From Rhodopila sp. (lineage in GTDB: Bacteria > Pseudomonadota > Alphaproteobacteria > Acetobacterales > Acetobacteraceae), in the NCBI RefSeq assembly GCF_035548095.1, contig NZ_DASZUV010000032.1, forward strand, positions 28,372 through 92,371: a stretch of 64,000 nt of DNA, read 5' to 3'. The number at the start of each line of letters is the position of its first letter. Within the stretch, counting starts at the first letter, position 1. The notes beneath the pieces were generated by a model. The model had not been told where the DNA came from. It ran no database searches and saw nothing but the letters and a program-made list of their open reading frames with translations. Positions 10,460 through 20,188 of this stretch are shown here, piece after piece. Position numbers and translations under genes: made by a program.

Positions 10460-11617
10460 TTAGCGCAACGGAGCGCGGCCGCAATCGTCCTTCGGGGAAC
10501 GGTCGGCGAACCGGTCGGAAATCCACGCTGCCGCGGCACCGGCACTCCGTACCCCTGCCGTATAGTGGTCGCCGCGCGACAGCGAGACATAGCGGACCGG
10601 GATGCCCGCTGTGCACAGGCGCTGGGCGAAGGATGCAGTCAGGACCGGGTCCACCACCGCGTCCCTGGCGCCTTGGGCGATGAACGCGGGAATGCCGCTG
10701 GCCCATGGCTGCGGGCTGTTCTCGGCCATCCGGGCACGCCAGGCATCACCGGGTGTCACCGGCTGGTTGTTCAGCGGGGCGGCGTCGGACAGCAACTGGT
10801 CCATCTGGTCCTTTGTCTCCAGGCACTCCTGCGCCGCCCGGTCCACCGCCGGCTGCCCATCGGCCGGGAGGATGTCGGCCGGATTCAACTTGTAGACCTG
10901 CGACCAGGAGGCAACGGTATAGGACAGCAACCCGCCCCAGAGCGGGTCTTCGCCCGGCTGCTGGAGCAGGGCCGCCACATCCGTCACCGGGGCGGCCGCG
11001 GCAACCCCGACCAGGTGCAGGTCCGGCGCGTATTTCGCCGTCACGTCAGGCACGAACAGCGCGGCGTGGCCGCCCTGGGAATGGCCCCACACGGCGAACC
11101 GATTGCTCGCTTGCAGATCCGGCAAATGCTGCAGCGCCCTGACCGAGTCCACCGCCGCCCGCGCCTCGCTGACGCCGACCAGGTACGGGTGCGTGCCGGG
11201 CGTGCCCAGGCCAGGATAATCCGTGGCGACGATGATGTAGCCGCGCGACAGGAACAGCCCCAGACCCTGGATCTGGCCGAACGGGCTGGGACCCTGGCTC
11301 GGTGCACAGGCAGTGGCGATGCCGGTGGTCGGATGCAGCCAGGCCACGACCGGACGGCCGCCCGACGGCGCGCGCGGCGTCTTGGGCACGACCACCAGAG
11401 CCGAGACCTCGATCTGGCTGCCATCGGGCGCGGTCGAGGCATAGACGATCCGCTGTGCCGTCGCGTTGGACGGGCCGCCAGGGAAGGGAGCGGCGCTGAT
11501 GACGGTCCCCGGCTGCAGGGCCGGCGGCTTCGGCGGGGCACAGGCGGCCACCTCCGCCAGCAGGAGGAAGGCGCCGCCACAGAGCAGGCGGCGAGAAAGA
11601 CTGGTCGGAAATGTCAC
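10460..11617 (-). CDS. Secreted lipase-family alpha/beta hydrolase, possible Tat/lipoprotein signal
   Basis: SRRLL signal, VAWLHPTTG, ATDYPGLG, GHSQGG nucleophile motif; GTG start. Confidence 0.82.
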   Translation of the reverse strand: MTFPTSLSRRLLCGGAFLLLAEVAACAPPKPPALQPGTVISAAPFPGGPSNATAQRIVYASTAPDGSQIEVSALVVVPKTPRAPSGGRPVVAWLHPTTGIATACAPSQGPSPFGQIQGLGLFLSRGYIIVATDYPGLGTPGTHPYLVGVSEARAAVDSVRALQHLPDLQASNRFAVWGHSQGGHAALFVPDVTAKYAPDLHLVGVAAAAPVTDVAALLQQPGEDPLWGGLLSYTVASWSQVYKLNPADILPADGQPAVDRAAQECLETKDQMDQLLSDAAPLNNQPVTPGDAWRARMAENSPQPWASGIPAFIAQGARDAVVDPVLTASFAQRLCTAGIPVRYVSLSRGDHYTAGVRSAGAAAAWISDRFADRSPKDDCGRAPLR

Positions 11618-11636
11618 AGAGCAGGCCTTGCGTTCT

Positions 11637-12176
11637 TCAAAGCACGTCCGCGTTCAGGCCGGATTCCAGCTCCGCGGCGTTCACCGTCATCGCCAGCAGG
11701 CTGTAGTAGCCGATGGCGCCGGTCAGTTGAATGAAGCCGTCATCGCCGAACCGGTCACGCAGGACGGCTGCATCGGCATCGGCGACGCGATGGCGGCGCA
11801 GCAGGGTCCGGGTGAACGCGACAATCGCCAGGTCTTCGGGCGGGATGCCGTCATCCGTACCGGCCTTGATCGCGGCGACGGTACTGTCGGTGATACCCCG
11901 CTGGCGGGCGACTCCGGTCTGTGCGCCCCAGACGTACTGGGCATCGAATTCCCGGGCGACCACCAGCGCGGCGAGGGTGCGGACCCGGAAATCCAACGTG
12001 CCCTCGAAACGGATATAGCTGCCCAGATGCGCCAGTCGCCCGGCCAGCTCAGGGCAATGCAGGAAGACCGAAAATGGTCCCTCCAGCGAGCCGCGGCTGC
12101 CGATGATGGCATCCGCGATGGGCTGGTGCTGCGGCGCAAGCTGCTCCTTGCGGTGGATCAGGGGAAGGCGCGCCAT
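11637..12176 (-). CDS. Carboxymuconolactone decarboxylase (AhpD-like) family protein
   Basis: MARLPL.., GPFSVFLHCPELAG, RTLAALVVAREFDAQYVWGAQ. Confidence 0.8.
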   Translation of the reverse strand: MARLPLIHRKEQLAPQHQPIADAIIGSRGSLEGPFSVFLHCPELAGRLAHLGSYIRFEGTLDFRVRTLAALVVAREFDAQYVWGAQTGVARQRGITDSTVAAIKAGTDDGIPPEDLAIVAFTRTLLRRHRVADADAAVLRDRFGDDGFIQLTGAIGYYSLLAMTVNAAELESGLNADVL

Positions 12177-12253
12177 GTCAGGGTCCCGACTCGCATTGCG
12201 GACTATTGCACCCGCTTGCTCCTTGACCGCAAGGGTAGGCAAGCCGGCGTCGA

Positions 12254-12670
12254 CTACAGCTCGAGGCCAGGGGCGAAACAGTAGATCACCACGTGATCCT
12301 GGACCGTATACCAGACGATGGCCCGGCCGGTCGGGTTCGGACCGCCATTCGGGTCTCGCAATTGTGATGGCAGGATGCGGTGCCATTCACCCTGGATGTA
12401 GACTTCGTAATACGCTCCGTTGGCCCGCCACTGGTCGTCGGCCAGAATGTGCCCGTCGGCGACAGAGCAGCACAGGGTGCCGCGCAGGCTGTGCTGCCGC
12501 TCGAACCAGGTGTGCAGGGCCGGATCGGCATCCGGCGGCGGCGCCGCGGCAGCGGGAAACAGGCCAAGAGCCGCGACCAGTCCACAGGCCGCCCATCGGG
12601 ACAACCGCGACCGGCGGGTCTGCCGAACCATCCGAGGTATCCTGGTCGACCAGTCAGGCATGGTTCGCAT
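12254..12670 (-). CDS. Small secreted Cys-containing hypothetical protein
   Basis: Signal-like N-terminus, then WFERQ..LCCSVADG..NPTGRAIVW..YCFAPG; exact start uncertain. Confidence 0.65.
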   Translation of the reverse strand: MRTMPDWSTRIPRMVRQTRRSRLSRWAACGLVAALGLFPAAAAPPPDADPALHTWFERQHSLRGTLCCSVADGHILADDQWRANGAYYEVYIQGEWHRILPSQLRDPNGGPNPTGRAIVWYTVQDHVVIYCFAPGLEL

Positions 12671-12794
12671 CCCCTTCTCGTCTTGCCGTCACCGCGGGCG
12701 CGGCGGGCTGAGCATGGACATCCAGGCGGTGGCGCCGCAGTGTCGGGCCGCACGATAGAACGAGCCTATCCAGGCAGCGGCGGGAGGAACAACG

Positions 12795-13541
12795 ATGCCA
12801 TGGTATGAAAACGGACCGGTCCGCATCCACTACCAGGAGGTCGGGTCCGGTACTCCCTTGCTGATCCTGCCCGGCGGCGGGCTGAATGCGACCCTGTCCT
12901 TCATGACCGGCAGCGCCCCGTTCAATCCGTTCGAAGCGTTCGGCGGCGAGTACCGTTGCATCGCCGCCGATCTGCGCAACGCCAACGGTGGCCTGTCGGA
13001 GGGTCCGGTGGAGGTGGACCGGCCATGGGATTCCTATGCCGACGACCAGCTGGGCCTGATGGATCACCTCGGGATTCAACGCTTCTTGGTGATGGGGTTC
13101 TGCATCGGCGGCCCGTTCATCTGGAACCTGCTGCGCCGCGCGCCGGAGCGCGTCATTGCCGCGGTACTGGCGCAACCCAGCGGTGCTCGGCCTGACAATC
13201 CCGACCTGTTCTACAACAACAACATGACTGGCTGGGGCCCGCCGCTATGCGCACGGCGGTCGGACGTGACGATGGAACAGGTGGAGTCCTTCCTGACCCG
13301 GATGTATCGCGCCAATCCGGACTTCGTCATTTCAGTCTCCCGCGACGTGGTGCGCGGCTGCCGGACGCCCGTGCTGATCCTGCCCGACGATGTGCCCGCC
13401 CACCCCTACGCGGTCGCCATGGAGTCCGCGCGGCTGGCGCCGAACGCGCAGGTCAGCCTGTATCCGTGGAAGGACCCGCCGGACCTGGTGCCGCTGGCGG
13501 TGCGGCACATCCGCACCTTCCTGAAGGCCAACCGGCCATAG
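12795..13541 (+). CDS. Alpha/beta hydrolase
   Basis: LLILPGGG, ADLRNA, VMGFCIGG (Cys at the nucleophile elbow); GGAGG SD. Confidence 0.85.
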   Translation: MPWYENGPVRIHYQEVGSGTPLLILPGGGLNATLSFMTGSAPFNPFEAFGGEYRCIAADLRNANGGLSEGPVEVDRPWDSYADDQLGLMDHLGIQRFLVMGFCIGGPFIWNLLRRAPERVIAAVLAQPSGARPDNPDLFYNNNMTGWGPPLCARRSDVTMEQVESFLTRMYRANPDFVISVSRDVVRGCRTPVLILPDDVPAHPYAVAMESARLAPNAQVSLYPWKDPPDLVPLAVRHIRTFLKANRP

Positions 13542-13656
13542 CACCGCCCATAGCAAGACCCCCGCGCGCCGCCGGCCTTCTGCCGATTCCGGTTCGCTTC
13601 CACGGGATTTCCGTGTAAGCAGGCCCGGCTTTTCAATCCGGTCGGTTTATCTCTGC

Positions 13657-14973
13657 ATGCGCATTTCCGTCTTCGGTATCGGTTATGTCGGCGTCGTCTC
13701 CTGCGGCTGCCTGGCGGAGCTGGGCCATGAGATCATCGGCGTCGATGTCTCCGTCGAGAAGATCGCCATGCTGGCCGGCGGCCGCTCCCCCATCGTGGAG
13801 GAGGAGATCGACGGCCTGATCGCCGCCGCGGTGAAGCAGGGCCGGCTGACCGCGACCGACGACGTGGCCGCGGCGGTGGCTGGGACCGACGTGTCCTTCA
13901 TCTCGGTCGGCACGCCCAGCGCCTCGGACGGCAGCGTCGCCCTGGGCGCGGTGGATGGTGTGATCCAGTCGATCGGCGCTGCACTGCGGGCCAAGCCGGG
14001 GCCGCACACGGTGGTCATGCGCTCCACCGTGCCGCCCGGCACCGCCGAGGATCGGGTGATCCCGCTGCTGGAACGCGCCAGTGAGCGGCGGCTCGGCGAA
14101 GGACTCTTCTATTATGCCAATCCCGAATTCCTGCGCGAAGGATCCTCGGTCCGCGACTTCCGCAACCCGCCCTTTACCCTGATCGGTGCCCCGCCCGGCG
14201 ATGACGCCGCCGTGCTGCGAGAGGTCTATGCGCCACTGCCGGCGGCCGTGCATGTCGCGCCCTATCGCGTGGCGGAGAGCGTGAAGCACATCTCCAACGT
14301 GTTCCACGCGGTGAAGCTGGCGTTCGCCAACGAAGCCGGGTCCATCCTGTCCGCCTACGGCGTGGACGCGCGCGAGGCGTTCCGCCTGCTGTGTGAGGAT
14401 CGGGTGCTGAACATCTCGCCCGCCTATCTGCGACCGGGCTTTGCCTTTGGCGGCTCCTGCCTGCCCAAGGACGTGCGCAGCTTCCTGGCATTGGCCGACC
14501 AGCGGGGCATGTCGGCACCGCTATTGAAGCAGTTGCTGCCGTCGAACCAGGCGATCATCGACCGCACCTTCGATTCGATATCCGAACACGGGCGCCAGCC
14601 GGTGGCGCTGTTCGGACTGTCATTCAAGCCGGGAACGGACGATCTGCGGGAGTCGCCCTTCGTGCTGCTGGCGGAGAAACTGCTGGGCAAGGGCTTCGAC
14701 CTGCGCATCTACGACCGTTTCGTCCAGGTCGCGCGGCTGATGGGCGCCAACCGCGCCTATATCGACCGGGAGATTCCGCATCTGGAACGGCTGATGGTGG
14801 TCAGCCCGCAGGCCGCGCTGTCGGGGGCACGCATCGTGGTGCTGGGGCATGTCGCGGCCGAGGACCGCGCGGCATTGCTGGCGGGCCTGAACGGGCATGT
14901 GGTGATCGACCTGGCCGGGATGGCCGATGCCGCGGCGGTACCCGGCATCACCTATCAGGGGTTGTGCTGGTGA
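13657..14973 (+). CDS. algD: GDP-mannose/UDP-glucose 6-dehydrogenase (AlgD-like)
   Basis: GIGYVG, VMRSTVPPGT, NPEFLREG, FGGSCLPKD, GLSFKPGTDDLRESP; donor sugar not proven. Confidence 0.85.
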   Translation: MRISVFGIGYVGVVSCGCLAELGHEIIGVDVSVEKIAMLAGGRSPIVEEEIDGLIAAAVKQGRLTATDDVAAAVAGTDVSFISVGTPSASDGSVALGAVDGVIQSIGAALRAKPGPHTVVMRSTVPPGTAEDRVIPLLERASERRLGEGLFYYANPEFLREGSSVRDFRNPPFTLIGAPPGDDAAVLREVYAPLPAAVHVAPYRVAESVKHISNVFHAVKLAFANEAGSILSAYGVDAREAFRLLCEDRVLNISPAYLRPGFAFGGSCLPKDVRSFLALADQRGMSAPLLKQLLPSNQAIIDRTFDSISEHGRQPVALFGLSFKPGTDDLRESPFVLLAEKLLGKGFDLRIYDRFVQVARLMGANRAYIDREIPHLERLMVVSPQAALSGARIVVLGHVAAEDRAALLAGLNGHVVIDLAGMADAAAVPGITYQGLCW

Positions 14974-15236
14974 AATACCTGCCTCTGGCCATGACGCGCG
15001 GGGTGCTGCTGGCCGAGGCAATCCGCGGATCGGTGGCCGGCGCCCCTGCTTCGGGTCTGTGTGGCTGGTGCGGCTCGGCCATTCCCGCCGGCTTGGCCAG
15101 AGCCGGGCGCATCGTACGGTGCCCGGGCTGCGCGCGACGTCAGGCCGTGCCAGCGGTGGAAGAGGTGCCATGGCGGCTGGATGCCGCGTCGGCGGAGGCG
15201 CTCCGCCGCACGCGGACATGGTTGCGGCGGGTGTAA
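14970..15236 (+). CDS. Small putative zinc-ribbon protein
   Basis: Two CxxC motifs (CGWC, CPGC); GTG start overlaps the upstream TGA. Confidence 0.55.
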   Translation: MKYLPLAMTRGVLLAEAIRGSVAGAPASGLCGWCGSAIPAGLARAGRIVRCPGCARRQAVPAVEEVPWRLDAASAEALRRTRTWLRRV

Positions 15237-15255
15237 GGTCAACAAGATCCGGCGG

Positions 15256-16077
15256 TCACCCCTCCGGTAATGCATCCAGAATGAACTGACCGAACAGCGT
15301 CATCTCCGGACTCGTATGCGCATAGCGATCGATCGCGCCCAGGGCCCGCGCCGTCATTGCCGAATCCGGTGGATCGGTCCCCGGCAGTCCCGGTAGCCGC
15401 GCAACGATACCGGCCGCGGCGTCCCGCGCCTCGGCGCGAAGCCGGGCACCGGCGGCGACAGTGGGTTCGGCATGCAGCAACGGCTCCAGCGCATCCGCCA
15501 GCCAGGCCAGCACGGCCGGCCAATGCGCCAGCTGGCGATACAACGCCGGAACGAACGCGGCCCCGTTCATCTCAGTCGCGAACCGCATCAGCACGGCGCG
15601 TTCCGCTGCCGGCAGCGCGGCCGGGTCGACGTTACCCGGCATCGGAGGGAGCATCGGCGGCGGAGTCCACCCGCCGACAAAGCCACCACCGGCGGGCTTC
15701 GTTCCGGTCAGCAGCAGGCGCAGGCACGCGCCGGTCATCAGGTTCACCGGCGAGACACGGACGAAATTCGCGGCGATGGTGCGGATGGCGGCGACATCCC
15801 CGGCGGATAGCCCTGACACCACCGTGTCGGCCGGCGGGGGAGACTCCAGCCGCGCCGACCGCGCCAGACGCCATGCGGTCTGTTGCACGACCCCCGAGAC
15901 GAGTGCCGGTCGCATAGCGTCCCACGCCCATTCCAGCACCCCCGGCAAGGTGGCCAGATAGCGTTGCATGGACGAAACGTACGGCACGCCGGAGAACACC
16001 CGCACCTCCTGATAGATTGCGGCGATGCGTCCGCTGGCGGTGCTTTCCGGCAGTTCGGGCAGCAGATCCTGGCTCAT
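15256..16077 (-). CDS. DehI-like (halocarboxylic acid dehalogenase family) protein
   Basis: Internal pseudo-repeat: GVPYVSSMQRYLATLPGVLEWAW vs GAAFVPALYRQLAHWPAVLAWLA; N-terminal E..ASGRIAAIYQEV. Confidence 0.55.
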   Translation of the reverse strand: MSQDLLPELPESTASGRIAAIYQEVRVFSGVPYVSSMQRYLATLPGVLEWAWDAMRPALVSGVVQQTAWRLARSARLESPPPADTVVSGLSAGDVAAIRTIAANFVRVSPVNLMTGACLRLLLTGTKPAGGGFVGGWTPPPMLPPMPGNVDPAALPAAERAVLMRFATEMNGAAFVPALYRQLAHWPAVLAWLADALEPLLHAEPTVAAGARLRAEARDAAAGIVARLPGLPGTDPPDSAMTARALGAIDRYAHTSPEMTLFGQFILDALPEG

Positions 16078-16167
16078 TCGCATAGCCTGGCGCATCCGGT
16101 GTGCCGGCGCCATCCCGACGCGCGTCCCCACATCGACGCGCATGGCTTTGGGTGCCATACCGGCCCG

Positions 16168-17433
16168 ATGTCTACCGGGAAACCCAAGATCACCCCATCC
16201 GCGCCACGGGCATCGGGACCTGGCGCGGGGGCGGTGCCATCCACGGCCGCGCTGCTCCGCTCCATGCCGATCTGGCCGTTGCTGGCGACCCTGGCGGTGC
16301 AGACCCTGGCAACCATGTCGCTGTATTCGCTGCCGACCCTGGCCCCCGAAGTGGCACGTGACCTGCACGCGCAGGCGACGCTGGTTGGCGGTTTCGTGGC
16401 GCTGGCCTACGGCACCGGCATTCTGTCGGCGTTGGTCTCGCCGGGCTTGGTGCGGCGCTATGGCGGCGTGCGGGCGACCCAGGTGGTGCTGCTGGCGGCC
16501 GCGGGCATGGTGGCACTGATCGGCTTCGGCCGCAGCGCGGCGGGCATGGGCCTGGCGGCCGTCGTGCTGGGCCTGGGCTACGGCGCCGCCGCCCCGGCCA
16601 GCACCCATCTGCTGGTGCCGCAGACCCCGCGGCCGGTGTTCAACCTCGTCATGTCCGTCCGCCAGGTCGGCGTGCCGTTGGGTGGCGTGCTGGCGGCGCT
16701 GATCCTGCCGCCGCTGGCCCTGCTGATCGGCTGGCGCGGCGCCATCCTGCTGGAACTTGTGCCGCTGCTGTTGCTGATCGGTCTGATGGAGCTCCCGCGC
16801 CGCCGCTGGGACCATGACCGGGAACCGCAGCGCAGGGTCCTCGGCCGCACGCTGCTGCAACCCTTCGCCCTGCTGCGGGACCTGCGCTTCCGCCGGCTGT
16901 CGATCGCCGCCTTCATCTATTCCGGCCTGGCGCTGTGCCTGGTCGCGTTCATGACGGAGCAGCTGACCCGCATCGTCGGCCTGGACCTCGTGCGCGCCGG
17001 ACAGATGTTGGCCGCCTACCAGATCGCCGGATCGGCCAGCCGCCCGGTCTGGGGTTGGATCGCCGACCGGTTCCTGAGTCCGGCCCAGACATTGGGCGTG
17101 CTGGGCCTGGGCATGGCCGCCGCCGCCGGGCTGACCGCGCTATATAGTCCTGGCTGGCCGAGCTGGGGCATCTTCCTCAATGCGATCCTGGCTGGCTGCA
17201 CCTCGGGCGGTTACACCGGCGTCGCCTACGCCGAATATGCCGAGCTCGGCGGCTCGCGCCGGACCGAAGCCACCGGGCTGGGCACCGCCATCATGTTCTT
17301 CGGCGGCATGGCGGTGCCGCCATTGTTCGGTGCCTCGGTCGCCGCTTTGGGCGCCTATCATGAAAGCTATCTGATCGGCGCCGTCTGCGCACTGGCCGCG
17401 GGCGGACTTTTGATGCTGCCCGGCCGGCGATAG
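16168..17433 (+). CDS. MFS transporter
   Basis: About 12 hydrophobic segments, GWIADRF loop motif; start uncertain (16168 or 16264). Confidence 0.85.
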   Translation: MSTGKPKITPSAPRASGPGAGAVPSTAALLRSMPIWPLLATLAVQTLATMSLYSLPTLAPEVARDLHAQATLVGGFVALAYGTGILSALVSPGLVRRYGGVRATQVVLLAAAGMVALIGFGRSAAGMGLAAVVLGLGYGAAAPASTHLLVPQTPRPVFNLVMSVRQVGVPLGGVLAALILPPLALLIGWRGAILLELVPLLLLIGLMELPRRRWDHDREPQRRVLGRTLLQPFALLRDLRFRRLSIAAFIYSGLALCLVAFMTEQLTRIVGLDLVRAGQMLAAYQIAGSASRPVWGWIADRFLSPAQTLGVLGLGMAAAAGLTALYSPGWPSWGIFLNAILAGCTSGGYTGVAYAEYAELGGSRRTEATGLGTAIMFFGGMAVPPLFGASVAALGAYHESYLIGAVCALAAGGLLMLPGRR

Positions 17434-17510
17434 CCGGCCCGCGCCACGGCCGGCATTTCAATCGTGGCCTGAAACACAATATCTTCGGCTGAGAGAAGAC
17501 TGGAGACACC

Positions 17511-20147
17511 ATGCCCGCCGACGCGATCCAGACCGAAGCCGCCCCGAAGGAAGTCCGGCTGGCCGATTACACGCCGCCGCCCTACCTGATCGACACGGTG
17601 GACCTGAGCTTCGAACTGGACCCGCAGGCGACGCGCGTCGTCTCCCGGTTGTCGGTACGGCGCGGCGCGAACGTGCCGGCGGATACGCCGCTGCACCTGG
17701 ATGGGGAGGCGCTGACGCTCCTGGACATCACCCTGGACGGCGCCCCGGTCGCGCATGACATGGTGCCGGACGGGTTGGTGATCCCGGTGATGCCGGAGCG
17801 TTGCGTCCTGACCATCGTCACAACCATCGCACCGGCCGCGAATACGGAGCTGAGCGGCCTGTACACCTCCGGCGGCAGCTATTTCACCCAGTGTGAGGCC
17901 CAGGGATTTCGCCGCATCACCTACTTCCCCGATCGGCCGGACGTGATGTCGCGCTACACGACCACGATCATCGCCTCAAAAGCCGACTGCCCGGTGATGC
18001 TGTCGAACGGCAATCCGGGAGCGGTGGAGGAGATGGAGGACGGCCGGCACACGGTAACCTGGACCGATCCGCATCCCAAACCCTGCTACTTGTTCGCGCT
18101 GGTCGCCGGCGATCTTGTTTCGGTACAGGACAGCTTCACCACGCGCTCCGGCCGTCGGGTCGCGCTGGGCATCCATGTCCGTCGCGGCGATGAGGACCGG
18201 TGCGGTCACGCGATGAAGTCGCTGAAGACCGCCATGACCTGGGACGAGGAGGTGTTCGGCCTGGAATACGATCTTGACGTGTTCAACATCGCCGCCGTCT
18301 CCGACTTCAACATGGGCGCCATGGAAAACAAGGGCCTGAACGTCTTCAATACCAAGTATGTGCTCGCCCGGCCCGAAACCGCGACCGATACAGACTATCA
18401 GGGCATCGAGTCCGTCATCGCGCATGAGTATTTCCATAACTGGACCGGCAACCGCGTCACCTGCCGCGACTGGTTCCAGTTGTCGCTGAAGGAAGGCCTG
18501 ACCGTCTACCGCGACCAGGAATTCTCGGCGGATCAAGGCAGCCGCGCCGTGAAGCGCATCCATGATGTGCGCGGGTTGCGCGCAGCCCAGTTCCGAGAGG
18601 ACGCGGGGCCGCTGGCACATCCGGTGCAGCCGGACAGCTATCTGGCGATCGATAATTTTTATACGGCAACGGTCTACAACAAGGGCGCCGAGGTCATCCG
18701 CATGATGGCCACCATCATCGGCCGGCGTGCCTTCAGGGCAGGCATGGACTTGTATTTCGCCCGCCACGACAACGCGGCCGTGACCATCGATGACTTCGTG
18801 CAGGCGATGCAGGACGCCTCCGGCGTCGACCTGCAGCGCTTCAAGCGCTGGTACCACCAGGCCGGCACGCCCGAGGTCTCCGTCGAGGATCAGTACGATC
18901 CGGCATCAAAACGCTTCTCCCTGACCATCCGCCAGGCCACGCGGCCCACCCCCGGTCAGCCGGTCAAGCAGCCGCTGGTCATCCCGGTCGCGATGGGGCT
19001 TCTGGACGGCAACGGGCAGGCGCTGGAGACCCGGTTGGAAGGGGAAGCCGCGGCGGTCGCCGGCACCCGCGTGCTGCTGGCCACCGAGGCCGAGAACCGG
19101 TTCGAGTTCGTCGATGTCGCCAGCCCGCCCGTGCCGTCCCTGCTGCGCGGCTTCTCGGCTCCCGTGAAGCTGTCGGGTGTGTCGCGGGAGCGGCTGCGCT
19201 TCCTGGCGGCGCATGACACCGATCCGTTCGTGCGCTGGGATTCCGGCCAGCAATACGCGGCCATGGCATTGCTCGACATGGTGGCGGCGCTGCAGCAGGG
19301 CGACACGCCGACGATCGATCCCGGCCTGGTCGACGCCGCCGGCGCCGCATTGGAACAGGAACCGGCCTTCGCCGCCGAGGCGCTGGTACTGCCGGCCGAA
19401 ACCACCCTGGCCGACATGATGACGGTTGTTGACGCCGACTCGATCCATACCGCCCGCGATCTGACACGAACCGCGATCGGCAAGGCGCTGTCGGAGCGGT
19501 TGCGCGCGGTCTATGACTCGCTGACCGATCATGGGCCGTATGAGAATGATGGCGCCGCCATCGGCCGCCGATCGCTGCGCAACGCCTGCCTGGCCTACCT
19601 GGTGGCCACCGGCGACGCCGCCGCGGTCCGGCTGGCCAAGGCACAGTTCGATGCCGGACAGAGCATGACCGATGTGCTGGCGGCACTCGCGGTGCTGGCG
19701 GCCACGGATACGCCGGAACGTTCCGCCGCGCTGGCAGCGTTCTATCGTGCCTGGCACGACGACCCGCTGGCGCTGGACAAGTGGTTTTCGATTCAGGCCC
19801 TGTCGCCGCTGCCCGGAACGATCAACGAGGTACAGGCCCTTCTGGCGCATCCGGATTTCGACCTGCGCAATCCGAACCGGGTGCGCGCCCTGGTGGGTGC
19901 CTTCGCTGGCAACCAGGTGCGATTCCATGATCCGAGCGGCGCTGGCTATCGCCTATACGCGGACACCATCATCGAGCTGGACCCCGCCAACCCGCAAATC
20001 GCCGCCCGCATGATTGCGCCGCTGGGGCAATGGCGGCGCTTCGACGCCGCTCGGCAGGCCCTGATGCGCGGCGAACTCCAACGCATCCTGGCACAGCCGG
20101 CGCTATCGCGGAATACATTCGAAATGGCATCGAAAAGCATGGCCTGA
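17511..20147 (+). CDS. pepN: Aminopeptidase N
   Basis: TQCEAQGFRRIT, GAMENKGLN, HEYFHNWTGNRVTCRDWFQLSLKEGLT. Confidence 0.97.
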   Translation: MPADAIQTEAAPKEVRLADYTPPPYLIDTVDLSFELDPQATRVVSRLSVRRGANVPADTPLHLDGEALTLLDITLDGAPVAHDMVPDGLVIPVMPERCVLTIVTTIAPAANTELSGLYTSGGSYFTQCEAQGFRRITYFPDRPDVMSRYTTTIIASKADCPVMLSNGNPGAVEEMEDGRHTVTWTDPHPKPCYLFALVAGDLVSVQDSFTTRSGRRVALGIHVRRGDEDRCGHAMKSLKTAMTWDEEVFGLEYDLDVFNIAAVSDFNMGAMENKGLNVFNTKYVLARPETATDTDYQGIESVIAHEYFHNWTGNRVTCRDWFQLSLKEGLTVYRDQEFSADQGSRAVKRIHDVRGLRAAQFREDAGPLAHPVQPDSYLAIDNFYTATVYNKGAEVIRMMATIIGRRAFRAGMDLYFARHDNAAVTIDDFVQAMQDASGVDLQRFKRWYHQAGTPEVSVEDQYDPASKRFSLTIRQATRPTPGQPVKQPLVIPVAMGLLDGNGQALETRLEGEAAAVAGTRVLLATEAENRFEFVDVASPPVPSLLRGFSAPVKLSGVSRERLRFLAAHDTDPFVRWDSGQQYAAMALLDMVAALQQGDTPTIDPGLVDAAGAALEQEPAFAAEALVLPAETTLADMMTVVDADSIHTARDLTRTAIGKALSERLRAVYDSLTDHGPYENDGAAIGRRSLRNACLAYLVATGDAAAVRLAKAQFDAGQSMTDVLAALAVLAATDTPERSAALAAFYRAWHDDPLALDKWFSIQALSPLPGTINEVQALLAHPDFDLRNPNRVRALVGAFAGNQVRFHDPSGAGYRLYADTIIELDPANPQIAARMIAPLGQWRRFDAARQALMRGELQRILAQPALSRNTFEMASKSMA

Positions 20148-20161
20148 CACCAAGGCCGCGC

Positions 20162-20188
20162 AGTCCGGCCCGACGGCTGGGCCGGACT
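20162..20188. terminator. Hairpin between convergent pepN and SBP gene
   Basis: AGTCCGGCCC / GGGCCGGACT inverted repeat. Confidence 0.55.
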
